Shown here one piece after another: positions 27,090 to 37,158 of a stretch of DNA of 40,416 nucleotides. Both the position numbers and the translations under genes were made by a program. A model generated the notes under the pieces. It made no database searches and was not told where the DNA came from. It saw only the letters and a program-made list of their open reading frames with translations. Origin of the DNA: Candidatus Bathyarchaeota archaeon (GTDB taxonomy: Archaea > Thermoproteota > Bathyarchaeia > 40CM-2-53-6 > RBG-13-38-9); assembly GCA_026015185.1 (NCBI GenBank), contig JAOZGX010000062.1, positions 1-40,416 of the forward strand, in the 5' to 3' direction. Numbering within the stretch: the stretch's first letter is position 1; each line of letters starts with the position of its first letter.

Positions 27090-28352
27090 ATGCTATCCCG
27101 AAAATGGATAATCTTTATTTTAACTGCAACTTTTTATTTTGTAGCCTATTTTCATAGAATATCTATAACGATTATTGCAGAAGATTTGATGAGAGATTTC
27201 TTAGCTACTGCCACATCAATCGGTCTTTTTTCTTCACTCTATTTCATAACCTATGGAGTTATGCAGATCCCTTCAGGATTATTAATAGATAAATTCGGCT
27301 CTAGAAAATCATTATCCGTTTTCTGCTTAACTGCTTCAGTTGGAACTCTAGTATTCGCAATATCACAAGATTTAGTTATTGCGATGCTAGGCAGAGCTTT
27401 AGTAGGTTTAGGTGTTTCTATCGCATTTATTTGCGCTACTAAACTTATAGCATTTTGGTTTGATGTCAAAAGTTTTGCCAGTCTTATTGGAATCCTTGTG
27501 TCTATAGGTAATAGTGCAGCGCTTATTGGTTCAGCTCCATTCGCAATTTTAGTTACTGGAATTGGATGGCGAACATCATTTCTATTAATCGCTGGGGGAA
27601 CTTTGTTATTGACAATATCTCTTTTGATTTGGGTTAGAGATAGACCAAATGGAATGTATAATCCTAAAAGTTCTCAATCATCATCTCCTAAGAATTTTAA
27701 AATGAAAACCGAAAGCCCATTCTTGGGAATGTGGTCTGCATTTAAGAATAGGGACTTTTGGTTAGTAGCTTTTCCCCCTATGTTTTTCGTCGGTTCTTTT
27801 TTTTGTTTTCAAGGATTATGGGGAATGCCCTATTTAATGCAGGTTCATGGTCTAAATAAGATTGAAAGCAGTATTATGATAATGATGATAGGTTTAGGTT
27901 TCTTCTTAGGGGCGCCTTTTTGGGGATTGGTTTCAGATAAATTGAATACTACTAGGAAGAGAATCTTTGTAACTGGAGTGATTTTTTACACTTTTATTTG
28001 GTTTGTGTTAATATCGCCTGTTATTGGAGAATTGATTTCATATTTTTCGATCATTCTTTTTCTAATGGGTTTTTTCTTTGGTGTAATGCCATTAAGCATT
28101 GTAATGATAACAGAATTGTTTCCATTGAGAATGATAGGTGCAGTTACAGGAAGCGCAAATACATTTCCTTTTATCGGAATAGCATTATTCCAAATAATAT
28201 TTGGGTATCTTCTAGATAGATTTGGATTAATTGGTGTAGTTGATGGCATCAGAATATTTTCTGAAAGTTCTTATCAACTCGGATTGACTTTCTGTTTTAT
28301 ATCTTTAATATTTGCGACATTAATTGCTTTATTCATAAGGGAATCAGAATAA
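27090..28352 (+). CDS. MFS transporter
   Basis: About 12 TM segments with an MFS-like GxLxDKFGSRK loop. ATG at 27090; the ORF track begins one codon earlier at TTG. Confidence 0.7.
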   Translation: MLSRKWIIFILTATFYFVAYFHRISITIIAEDLMRDFLATATSIGLFSSLYFITYGVMQIPSGLLIDKFGSRKSLSVFCLTASVGTLVFAISQDLVIAMLGRALVGLGVSIAFICATKLIAFWFDVKSFASLIGILVSIGNSAALIGSAPFAILVTGIGWRTSFLLIAGGTLLLTISLLIWVRDRPNGMYNPKSSQSSSPKNFKMKTESPFLGMWSAFKNRDFWLVAFPPMFFVGSFFCFQGLWGMPYLMQVHGLNKIESSIMIMMIGLGFFLGAPFWGLVSDKLNTTRKRIFVTGVIFYTFIWFVLISPVIGELISYFSIILFLMGFFFGVMPLSIVMITELFPLRMIGAVTGSANTFPFIGIALFQIIFGYLLDRFGLIGVVDGIRIFSESSYQLGLTFCFISLIFATLIALFIRESE

Positions 28353-28418
28353 GTTGGAATTCTCTTGCTAATTAGAAAAAGAGAAATCCTTCATGCATAA
28401 ATTATAGCTAAAATAAAT

Positions 28419-29261
28419 TTACTCATAAAGTATTACTAAATCTCCCTCTCTATTTCTAAGATATAAGACATCTCCCTTATTTCCCCATATCGGAGTTTTA
28501 CTATTCCAGTATAGAGAATCTTCCCTGTTGACTCCAATTCCTGTATGAATTGTTACTTTGCCTCCCGGTTGTAAAAAATAAATTGGAAATTCAAAGACCG
28601 TATCTGTGCCATCTTTTATTGTCCATCCTGTTAGATTTATGGGATTATCGCCCCTATAACCAAAGGTAATATACTCATCATTTAGGTTATAATCATCATT
28701 ATCGTATGCATCATAATGAAAATCAATTATGTACATATTGGCAGCTTGGTCAGCATTTATTTTCCACATTCCAAATTCATATTCCCTAGCATAGGATTCG
28801 GCTTCACTTAGTTGTTTCTCGTACTTCAAATCAGATATCATGAATGCGTTTGCTAAACCCTCTTTAACCAATTGTTCATTGACAAAAGTACTATCTACAT
28901 ATATATAACGGAGAAAACGACCATGATCATCTTTGTCAACTAAATCTGATTCAAGTCGAACTTCTCTATCCAATATTAAGTTTGACAAAAAAGATTTAGA
29001 TTTGTTGTAATACGGGTATCCTCTTTCTGGCGCATCAATTCCGAGTAATCTGATTTTTCTGCCATCTTCAAGAATTATTGTATCCCCATCTATGACTTTT
29101 GTCACTTTATAGAAATCATCTATTAAGGCAGGTTTAGAGTCAATATTTTCTATAGGTTGATTTCTTAATGATATCATCTGATTGTGAATAACTAAGAGTA
29201 ACAAAAAAATTAAGATTGGAATAGTAATGTAATAAACCAGTTTTCGCCTTATCAAAGCCAT
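28419..29261 (-). CDS. secreted/membrane-anchored staphylococcal-nuclease-like (SNase/thermonuclease) protein fused to a C-terminal lamin-tail domain (LTD)
   Basis: N-terminal signal anchor. The SNase motif IRLLGIDAPE is present. The C-terminal ~110 aa (NLTGWTIKDGTDTVFEFP...GGKVTIHTG...) resemble an LTD beta-sandwich. Confidence 0.6.
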   Translation of the reverse strand: MALIRRKLVYYITIPILIFLLLLVIHNQMISLRNQPIENIDSKPALIDDFYKVTKVIDGDTIILEDGRKIRLLGIDAPERGYPYYNKSKSFLSNLILDREVRLESDLVDKDDHGRFLRYIYVDSTFVNEQLVKEGLANAFMISDLKYEKQLSEAESYAREYEFGMWKINADQAANMYIIDFHYDAYDNDDYNLNDEYITFGYRGDNPINLTGWTIKDGTDTVFEFPIYFLQPGGKVTIHTGIGVNREDSLYWNSKTPIWGNKGDVLYLRNREGDLVILYE

Positions 29262-29347
29262 AATCTATCAGATAATCATTCTGACTTTTGAATTTTCTTT
29301 ATAGAGCCTATTATCATGATATATGGTAACATACTGGATTAAAATCA

Positions 29348-31093
29348 CTAGGAATGAGAAAAATAAATTCTTAAAAGTCTGTTATCGAAGCTGTCGATTC
29401 TACCAAATCCAAATCTCATCAATTGCACGATATTCTCAATCTTCTCATTCTTAAAACTTGATTCAGCTAATCCTTTGAACACTTTTGCATTTGGCATTAC
29501 AACTTCAGTGTCAATATTTCCCTTGTCTGGAAGCCAATGAATTATAGGAATTCTAGCTTTTTTCACATCAGTATAAGAAGTTCCTTTGAAAGTGGCTTCC
29601 ACTAAATTATCATTAATTCTATCAACCTGAAAATTGAATAATTCCATTAATCTGATAATGTTTTTTTCCTTGAGTAAATCTATGTCTCCTTTTGAGATGT
29701 ATAGCCTTGCGATTTTTTTTTCTGATTGGACTTCAAATTCTCTATATCCTCTTTCTAAATGATCTGGATGGAGCGGGATTCTTGATGAGATATTTTTCAA
29801 GACCCCTTTAATACAAAGTTGAATTGGATCCGCAATGAAAAAATATCTATTTGCTACTTGATCAACTAATTTCCGATTTATTGCATAAATATTCTCCCAG
29901 CTTAAAGTAACATCTACTGGCCTGGGTCCAATATCTATAACAATTTTATGAAAAGTCTCGGGATTTATTCCCCTTCTCTTCATAGCAATCAATGTTGCTA
30001 CTCTAGGATCACTGAAATCCTGTATCACTCCTTCCTCTAGATCCTTCATAATTAGTGATTTGCTAAGAGTTGCATTTGGGATTTTTAATCTTCCATAATG
30101 GATCGCTTCTGGGTATTCCCATCCAAAATATTTGTACAAATATTTCTGTCTTACCATATTTGTAAAGTGCTCTTTTCCACGTATGATGTGGGTTATTTTT
30201 AGTAAATGATCATCTATGCCGCAAGCAAAGTTATACAAAGGCCAGATATTGTATTTACTTCCGACTCTTGGATGCGGATATTTTGTGGTGTCAATTATAC
30301 GAAGGGCAGGCCAATCTCTCACAGCTGGATTGGGATGATCAAGTTCAGTTTTTATTCTAACTATGGCTTCTCCTTCTTCGTAATGCCCTTCTAGCATTTT
30401 TTGCCATCCTTTGGTATGCTCAGAGGATTGCCTCTCTCTACAATTACAGGGTTTTTTGTTAAGAATTTTCTGCTTAAAATCTGAAGATTCGCAAGTACAA
30501 ACGTAAGCCCCACCAATATCTATTATCTTTTTTGCGTACTCATAGTATATCGGAATCCTATCACTTTGTATGTATTCTTCATCCCATTTACATCCAAGCC
30601 ACTCAATATCGTCTTTTATTAAATCATAGAATTCTAAGACAGATTTTTTTAATCTTGGATCAGTATCCTCAAATCTAAGTAAGAATTTCCCATTATAAAT
30701 TCTAGCATAATCGTGAGATAGTATAAGTGCCCTTATTGAACCTAAATGAAGTACGCAATCGGGATTCGGAGAAAACCTGGTCACAATCTTATTGTATTTA
30801 TCTGTATTGGGGAGAGGGGGCAGTTTTTTTTCTTCTACTTTTTTTTCTTCATAAAGGAGTTCTGGCCATTTCCCTTCCAAAATTTTTCTTTGCTGGGTAA
30901 CAGATAATTTATTTAAATCACTAGTGATTTTTTCAACTAATTCTCTAATTTGCTTTATATTCTTTTTTAATTCAGGTTTTTCACTTAAAATTTTACCGAG
31001 AACAGTACCGGATCTTGCTTTACCATCATGCTCTATTGCATTTTTCAATGTATATTTATGGACGATCTCTTCAATTTCTTTTCCAGATTTCAT
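29348..31093 (-). CDS. gltX: glutamyl-tRNA synthetase, archaeal type
   Basis: 581 aa. Class-I HIGH-like motif (PNPDCVLHLGSIRA) and a KMSKS variant (LSKSLIMK). Length and domain order fit archaeal/eukaryal-type GluRS. Confidence 0.85.
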   Translation of the reverse strand: MKSGKEIEEIVHKYTLKNAIEHDGKARSGTVLGKILSEKPELKKNIKQIRELVEKITSDLNKLSVTQQRKILEGKWPELLYEEKKVEEKKLPPLPNTDKYNKIVTRFSPNPDCVLHLGSIRALILSHDYARIYNGKFLLRFEDTDPRLKKSVLEFYDLIKDDIEWLGCKWDEEYIQSDRIPIYYEYAKKIIDIGGAYVCTCESSDFKQKILNKKPCNCRERQSSEHTKGWQKMLEGHYEEGEAIVRIKTELDHPNPAVRDWPALRIIDTTKYPHPRVGSKYNIWPLYNFACGIDDHLLKITHIIRGKEHFTNMVRQKYLYKYFGWEYPEAIHYGRLKIPNATLSKSLIMKDLEEGVIQDFSDPRVATLIAMKRRGINPETFHKIVIDIGPRPVDVTLSWENIYAINRKLVDQVANRYFFIADPIQLCIKGVLKNISSRIPLHPDHLERGYREFEVQSEKKIARLYISKGDIDLLKEKNIIRLMELFNFQVDRINDNLVEATFKGTSYTDVKKARIPIIHWLPDKGNIDTEVVMPNAKVFKGLAESSFKNEKIENIVQLMRFGFGRIDSFDNRLLRIYFSHS

Positions 31094-31138
31094 TTTTTAG
31101 TCCACAGTTTTATGGAAAAACTCGCATGGAAGTACAAG

Positions 31139-32392
31139 CTAAGTACCTGATTCCCATTTTTTTAGATACTTAATTTGTTCTTTTGTTAAATTGTCAATTT
31201 TTATACCCATGCTTTCAAGAGCCAATTTAGCAACTTTTTGATCAATTTCTTCAGGAACTTCATGAACTTTTACTTCAAGTTTTGAATTGTTTCTAATATA
31301 TTCTGTACAAAGAGCTTGATTAGCAAAAGACATCATCATCACTTCGCTAGGATGCCCTTCAGCCGCAGCAAGATTAACTAATCTTCCCTCAGATAACAAA
31401 TATAGCTTCTTACCATTTCTTAATCGATACTCTTCAACATTTGGTCTAACAGATTTCTTGGACACGCTTAAGGAATCCAGATCATCTAAATTGATTTCTA
31501 CATTAAAATGTCCAGCATTCCCTAGTATAGCTCCATCCTTCATCTTGCTCATATGCCCGCCTCTAATTACACCAGTGTTTCCAGTAGCTGTCATGAAGAT
31601 ATCGCCGTATTTTGCTACCTCAGACATCGGCTTAACACTAAAACCATCCATCACAGCTTCAATAGCCCTTAGTGGGTCAATTTCAGTAACTATTACATTA
31701 GCTCCCATACCCTTAGCTCTCATTGCAATTCCTCTACTACACCATCCATAGCCAGCAACAACAAAGGTTTTACCAGCAAGAAGAATGCTAGTTGCACGAA
31801 GCAAGCCATCTATCGAACTTTGACCCGTACCATATCTGTTATCAAATAAGTATTTTGTTGATGCATCATTAACCGCTATGATTGGATATTTTAATGTCCC
31901 AGAGCTTTCCATAGCTTTGAGCCTTATTACACCACTTGTTGTCTCTTCTGTACCTCCTAATATATTTTCCAGCAAATCCTTTCTTTTTGTATGTAATGCG
32001 CTAACAAGATCTGCTCCATCGTCTAGGGTAATTTCCGGAGATTGGTTTAACACTTGATCAATACACCAGTAATACTCTTGATCCTTCTCGCCTTTCCAAG
32101 CATAAACATGAATTCCCTCCATTGCTAAAGCTGCGGCAACATCATCTTGGGTTGAAAGTGGGTTAGAAGCACATAGAGAGATCTCCGCACCACCGGCTTT
32201 TAATACTCGCATAAGAACTGCTGTTTCTTTGGTGACATGTAATGAAGCTCCGATTGAAATCCCTGCTAGAGGCTTTCTTTTTTTGAAATCCTCTTTTATC
32301 TTCATTAAAACAGGCATTAAATTTTCTGCCCATTCAATAGATTGCAGACCTCTATCGCATAAAGATGCATCTTTGACTTTATATTGAGTCAT
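31139..32392 (-). CDS. ahcY: S-adenosyl-L-homocysteine hydrolase
   Basis: 417 aa with the NAD-binding [12 protein letters not shown] motif and conserved AhcY N- and C-terminal domains. Confidence 0.9.
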   Translation of the reverse strand: MTQYKVKDASLCDRGLQSIEWAENLMPVLMKIKEDFKKRKPLAGISIGASLHVTKETAVLMRVLKAGGAEISLCASNPLSTQDDVAAALAMEGIHVYAWKGEKDQEYYWCIDQVLNQSPEITLDDGADLVSALHTKRKDLLENILGGTEETTSGVIRLKAMESSGTLKYPIIAVNDASTKYLFDNRYGTGQSSIDGLLRATSILLAGKTFVVAGYGWCSRGIAMRAKGMGANVIVTEIDPLRAIEAVMDGFSVKPMSEVAKYGDIFMTATGNTGVIRGGHMSKMKDGAILGNAGHFNVEINLDDLDSLSVSKKSVRPNVEEYRLRNGKKLYLLSEGRLVNLAAAEGHPSEVMMMSFANQALCTEYIRNNSKLEVKVHEVPEEIDQKVAKLALESMGIKIDNLTKEQIKYLKKWESGT

Positions 32393-32424
32393 AATTTTAT
32401 CATCATTTCAACTTTTTAGAAAAA

Positions 32425-33576
32425 TTAATTTTTATCGGTACGAAGATATTCTTCGATATTATCTATTTCAAACTCTTCCTGTTCTAATACATTAAAAATG
32501 AAATTTAAAATCATTCTTCTTCTATTGTCTTCTAAATCTGGATAGTAAAGAGGGTGAGATACAACTAAGCCACGAAAAGCATAGAAGGGAGGTAAGATTT
32601 TGAATATCTCATTATCACCAGTCTTATTGAGATATCTAGTTATGAATTCGTTAAAAAGCTGTTTAAAAGGTTCTCTAAATTCGCCATAATGCCAAATGCT
32701 AAAAAATAGATAATTTATTGATAGTCCAGAAACATCATCTGCTGGTTCACCAAATTCTTCACGAGAAAAATCCATTACAAGGATTGAATCATCCTCTTTA
32801 AATCTGATATTGCCAAAAGGATGGATATCTCCATGTATTCGCGAAAGTCTATGTGCTAAATGTTTTATCTTATTTCGCCATAAAACAGCTTTTACTTCAA
32901 TTTCTGTAAGTTCCTTTCTAGAAATAAACTCGAGTTTATCAGGATCAGGATAGGTATCTATGACGCCCATTAACATTTCTCCGTGCCCAATTAGATCTCG
33001 TATATGTCTTTTGTAGAGAATTTCATTTTGTTTCTTTGTTGAGTGTAGATCCGCAAGATAATCCGCAATAATTCGACATCTTCTCAAATCTTTCTCTGAA
33101 ATTCTTTCATTTTTAGCCATTCTAAATAAATCATTAGAATACGAAGGAAATTCTTCTTCCTCTACCAATTCTATGAGGTTGATGAATTCAATACCATCTT
33201 TTAATGATAATAAACTACCATCTCTCATCAAGCATGCTACATCAATTGATTTTGGACTCTTTCCTTTTGGAGCTGAATTTAATAATTCATGCTGTAGAAG
33301 TAGAACTGAGGCTCTATCTCCTAGATAGTCATGACCCCAACCTGTATCTCCCCTGACTATTCTTAGTACAATCTTACGAGAATCCCCGTTTATAGTTAAT
33401 TTAGCGAGAAATCCAACATTATGGAATCCTTCCCCGATTTTTTTCAAGCTTTCAAGTTGAACAGGTTGAGAGAAGACTTTCGATAGATAATCTTCTAAAT
33501 TAGACTTACTGATTTCAAACTTTAAATTACCAACTTCAAGCTTCAAATTTTGTTTCCCCTTTGCTTGAATTGGCAC
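32425..33576 (-). CDS. phosphotransferase-family protein (APH/choline-kinase-like small-molecule kinase)
   Basis: Brenner motif HGDIHPFGNI and the metal-binding VMDFSREEFG (D-F-x) motif. GTG start forced by an upstream stop. Confidence 0.55.
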   Translation of the reverse strand: MPIQAKGKQNLKLEVGNLKFEISKSNLEDYLSKVFSQPVQLESLKKIGEGFHNVGFLAKLTINGDSRKIVLRIVRGDTGWGHDYLGDRASVLLLQHELLNSAPKGKSPKSIDVACLMRDGSLLSLKDGIEFINLIELVEEEEFPSYSNDLFRMAKNERISEKDLRRCRIIADYLADLHSTKKQNEILYKRHIRDLIGHGEMLMGVIDTYPDPDKLEFISRKELTEIEVKAVLWRNKIKHLAHRLSRIHGDIHPFGNIRFKEDDSILVMDFSREEFGEPADDVSGLSINYLFFSIWHYGEFREPFKQLFNEFITRYLNKTGDNEIFKILPPFYAFRGLVVSHPLYYPDLEDNRRRMILNFIFNVLEQEEFEIDNIEEYLRTDKN

Positions 33577-33658
33577 AATGCAAGGAAGAAGTTATAATTT
33601 ATGTCTAATCGAATAAATTAAGATTTAAAGGATATCCAATTATTAGCAGGCCCGCTTT

Positions 33659-34624
33659 TCAAACAGCTTCCATAGTTGAAGGCGGTTTCTTTGCTATATT
33701 ATAAGTTACACTTACAACATTAGGAACTTCATTTGTTATTCTCTCTGATAAATTAATAAGAACTTCGTAAGAGAGTTTAGTCGGCTTTGCAATTCTTGCA
33801 TCTACACTATCCCAACATCGAATTTCAATCTGAAGTCCAAAATCTCTTTTTCCATTTCTGATTCCAGTTACTTTATCATTATGTAAAATCGCCATACATT
33901 GAAACGCATCTATGTTTTTCAATTCTTCTTCAACAATAATTGTTGCTTTCCTTACGATTTCTACTCTCTCTGGTGAAGCTTCGCCTATCACTCTTGCTGC
34001 TAATGCTGGTCCAGGGAATGGAGGTCTATTGTAAATTGTATCTGGTAATCCAAGAGACTTTGCAACTTTTCTTACTCCATCTTTCCTTAATTGCACAAGC
34101 GGTTCTATGATTTTATATCCAAATACATCTTCGGGGTCAATTCCAATTTGTTCAAAGATATTATGTTGTCTTTTTATTCCTGCAACGGTCTCTTCAACAT
34201 CTGTAAGAATTGTACCGTGTAAAAGGAATTTTGCATCACTCTTTTTCAGTAATTTCGCAAATACATCCTTGTAAAATGTCTGAGTTATAGCTTCTCTCTT
34301 TTCTTCAGGATCCGTTACTCCTCCTAAAGCATTAAAGAATTCTTCCTGTGCTTTTATCAGTTCTATATTAACGCCTAATTCTTTGAATATTGAAACAACT
34401 TGCTCTGGCTCATTTTGTCTCATTATTCCATTATCAATAAAATATGTTTTTAGTCTATCACCCAAAGCTTTGTGCCCAAGCATTGTTACAGTTGCTGAGT
34501 CAACACCACCGGATAACGCACTTATGGCCGCTCCTTCGCCTATTATTTCTGAAATCTCAGTTATTTTCTCCTTTATGAATGTCTCAGTATCAAGCTCATT
34601 AGCTTTAATTTCTTTTATTTCCAT
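33659..34624 (-). CDS. guaA: GMP synthase [glutamine-hydrolysing] subunit B (ATP-pyrophosphatase subunit)
   Basis: The PP-loop SGGVDS and the full GuaA-B C-terminal dimerisation region are present. Start placed at the internal ATG (MEIKEIK...), which matches archaeal subunit-B N-termini and removes the overlap with the downstream gene. The ORF track extends to 34759. Confidence 0.8.
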   Translation of the reverse strand: MEIKEIKANELDTETFIKEKITEISEIIGEGAAISALSGGVDSATVTMLGHKALGDRLKTYFIDNGIMRQNEPEQVVSIFKELGVNIELIKAQEEFFNALGGVTDPEEKREAITQTFYKDVFAKLLKKSDAKFLLHGTILTDVEETVAGIKRQHNIFEQIGIDPEDVFGYKIIEPLVQLRKDGVRKVAKSLGLPDTIYNRPPFPGPALAARVIGEASPERVEIVRKATIIVEEELKNIDAFQCMAILHNDKVTGIRNGKRDFGLQIEIRCWDSVDARIAKPTKLSYEVLINLSERITNEVPNVVSVTYNIAKKPPSTMEAV

Positions 34625-34724
34625 CTCTTTTTCAATACTCCTAGTAAATGCATAAAGGCAAGCATTTCTTACAATCTTAGAATGATAAGATATAATGATG
34701 CTCACTAGGATAGACAAAAAAGTT

Positions 34725-35474
34725 CTATTTTTTAGTTCTTGTTTTTGCACCGATTTCATACATAGATCCTAGCGCTCGTCCTAGAAAAACGAGAAATACT
34801 GGAAAGACTACAGCCATTACTATCCATCCTATGCCCGGTATAGCTCGAAGTCCACTGACGATAATGAATAGAACAAACATAATGATTAGCCAAAGAATAT
34901 AGCTTCCCCAGCCGATTTTTCCAACAATATTGAAAATTTCGCTGAACGCAAAAGCTTTCCCAAAACTATCCTTTTTTATCATATTGGATATGCCTATCAG
35001 ATGTATTATTAATATTATGAAAATTATGATAAAGCCTATGAAAATTAAAAGAGCTCCAAATCCGATAAATGCAGGGCTAGCAAACATTTCCAAACCCCTC
35101 CATACACCTGGACCCCAAGTATCTGGCCCCCCTTTCCAACCACCTTGGCTCATAAGATTTCCGAATCCTGCACCAAAGATTCCTGCAATTACACTTACCA
35201 TTCCAGCTCCTAATATTATAGCCGGGATTATCATGTAGATAACAGTTACAACCGCTATTTTCAGTCCTTGTATCCACATATCGACATATCCTTCAAGCTT
35301 TGGAGGTCTATTGGCTTTTGGAGAAGTTTTCAATACTCTAGCTGCATAACCCATCACAGCAAAGTTTACAATAGGTATTACTCCGAGAACAATTAATACT
35401 ACGAGCCTTCCTAGATCGTCAAACATCTTCTTTGCATAATTTAATGCATCATTTAGATTTTTACTAATATCCAT
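34725..35474 (-). CDS. Gly-rich integral membrane protein, unknown function
   Basis: Multiple TM helices and Gly/Trp-rich loops (GGWKGGPDTWGPGVWRG). ATG at 35474; the ORF track starts at GTG 35486. Confidence 0.45.
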   Translation of the reverse strand: MDISKNLNDALNYAKKMFDDLGRLVVLIVLGVIPIVNFAVMGYAARVLKTSPKANRPPKLEGYVDMWIQGLKIAVVTVIYMIIPAIILGAGMVSVIAGIFGAGFGNLMSQGGWKGGPDTWGPGVWRGLEMFASPAFIGFGALLIFIGFIIIFIILIIHLIGISNMIKKDSFGKAFAFSEIFNIVGKIGWGSYILWLIIMFVLFIIVSGLRAIPGIGWIVMAVVFPVFLVFLGRALGSMYEIGAKTRTKK

Positions 35475-35684
35475 AATGTGACTCACTTAATCAAAATTCT
35501 TTAATCCTAAGTTTAAAAATTCTTCTATAAATTTTTCATTATCATTGTTTATTTTACTAGAAATGAAGAAATTTTTATAACGCTCTTAAGCCATCTTGAT
35601 CTGGTTTCCAATTAAGATTAATTTGTTACTCTTCAACTTGATATAGAGTAATTTATTATTTAGAAGTTAAAGGAAAATCATAAG

Positions 35685-36323
35685 ATGAATAATAAAATCA
35701 AGTATAAAGTCGTAGCATTTGATTTAGACGGTACTCTTGTTAAGAAACGCAATAGTTGGATAACTTTACATGAATATTTTGGGACTGTGGAAGGCGCAAA
35801 AAAAAATTTTGAAGCCTTTGAAAATTCTGAAATAGATTATTTGGAGTTTATTAGAAGGGATGTAGCTCTCTGGCCAAAGGGAACAAACATTGATGAAATT
35901 TTCCAAGTTCTTTCTATCTACAACCTTATGCCAAACTCCAAACATGTCACGTTAGAATTGAGAAAAAACGGTTATGTGCTTGTAATAGTAAGTGCGGGTA
36001 TCGATATACTGGCAAAGAAAGTTGCACAGGATTTAGGATTTCATCATTTTCTTGCTAATGGTTTAGAAATAGATAAAAATGGATTTCTTACTGGTAAAGG
36101 CATTATCAGAGTGGATCCTCTTAAAAAACATGAGTCTTTGGATGCATATCTAAAAAACATTAATCTGACTTTAGATGATTGTATTTCAATAGGTGATAGC
36201 AGAATCGATAAGAATCTTTTAAAACATTCTGGTTTTTCCATTGCATTTGGAAACGATGAGAGTCTAAAAGAATGCGCAGATGTAGTGATTAATGACTTGA
36301 TAGATTTACTTAAATATGCATAA
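35685..36323 (+). CDS. HAD-IB phosphatase (phosphoserine-phosphatase-like)
   Basis: HAD motifs FDLDGTL (I), VSAG (II) and GDSRID (IV). Confidence 0.7.
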   Translation: MNNKIKYKVVAFDLDGTLVKKRNSWITLHEYFGTVEGAKKNFEAFENSEIDYLEFIRRDVALWPKGTNIDEIFQVLSIYNLMPNSKHVTLELRKNGYVLVIVSAGIDILAKKVAQDLGFHHFLANGLEIDKNGFLTGKGIIRVDPLKKHESLDAYLKNINLTLDDCISIGDSRIDKNLLKHSGFSIAFGNDESLKECADVVINDLIDLLKYA

Positions 36324-36377
36324 GTAACTAATCCGAAAAAATTAAAATATGCATTGGGGGATCTCTTTCAAAGATAT

Positions 36378-36392
36378 TGGATATATATTATG
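36378..36392 (+). promoter_or_regulatory. putative TATA box for the tRNA-Gly gene
   Basis: GGATATATATTATG is centred about 18-20 nt upstream of the mature tRNA 5' end. A T-rich tract (TTTAATTTTAATT) follows the tRNA. Confidence 0.25.
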
Positions 36393-36403
36393 TTCGATTA
36401 TAA

Positions 36404-36478
36404 GCGGTCGTAGTCTAGACTGGTCTAGGACATCGGCCTGCCACGCCGACGACCCGGGTTCAAATCCCGGCGACCGCA
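36404..36478 (+). tRNA. tRNA-Gly (anticodon GCC); a genomically encoded CCA follows at 36479-36481
   Basis: The GCGGTCG/CGACCGC acceptor stem folds by hand. The D-stem is GTCT/GGAC with an 11-nt loop. The anticodon stem TCGGC/GCCGA has loop CU-GCC-AC. The T-arm is CCGGG-TTCAAAT-CCCGG, with discriminator A, then CCA. Confidence 0.85.
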
Positions 36479-36530
36479 CCATTTAATTTTAATTCTAATG
36501 TGCGATATTATTCTAATAGCCGGTTAATGT

Positions 36531-37145
36531 ATGGTAGCTCAGATTGATTACACTTTTATTCTGAATTCTGAGATATTTTCATACGTAATTTTACCGCTTT
36601 TAATTTTCTTTGCCAGAATCTTAGATGTGAGCTTAGGAACAATACGTATAGTCCTTATATCAAAGGGCTTAAAATATTTCGCACCAATTTTTGGTTTTTT
36701 TGAAGTATTGGTCTGGATTCTTGCTATTGGGCAGATTATACAACATATTGATAATATTCTCTTATACATTGCTTATGCCGGTGGTTTTGCGATAGGTACA
36801 TTTGTTGGAATTAAATTAGAAAATAGGCTTTCTCTTGGGCTCGTAGTTCTTCGAGTCATTACTAGAAAAGATGCATCCGAACTAATTGGACTCTTCAAAC
36901 ATCAACATCACGGATTCACAGTAGTTGAAGCTGAAGGTCCCAGTGGACCCGTCCATATAATATTCTCTGTAGTAAATAGACGTGATCTCAAGGAAGTTAT
37001 TGCTGATATTAAAAAATTCAATCCACATGCTTTCTATACAATCGAAGACGCTAGGTTTGCAAGTATAGGGATATTCGCATCCAAAAGTTCACTGCAAAAA
37101 AGATTATCGCCTTTTTCAATAAAGTCAATAAGAAAAGGAAAGTAA
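36531..37145 (+). CDS. UPF0316/DUF2179-family membrane protein
   Basis: The conserved RILDVSLGTIR and FFEV..W motifs, a TM N-domain, and a C-terminal soluble DUF2179-like domain. Confidence 0.6.
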   Translation: MVAQIDYTFILNSEIFSYVILPLLIFFARILDVSLGTIRIVLISKGLKYFAPIFGFFEVLVWILAIGQIIQHIDNILLYIAYAGGFAIGTFVGIKLENRLSLGLVVLRVITRKDASELIGLFKHQHHGFTVVEAEGPSGPVHIIFSVVNRRDLKEVIADIKKFNPHAFYTIEDARFASIGIFASKSSLQKRLSPFSIKSIRKGK

Positions 37146-37158
37146 TTATGAAAAGACA

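Noticed and set aside
34930-35277. Overlapping ORFs (102 aa plus strand, 66 aa minus strand alternative frame) inside the Gly-rich membrane-protein gene
   Set aside because: They are products of the GGN/CCN codon periodicity of the Gly-rich CDS. The Pro/Gly-rich translations lack start-context or homology support.
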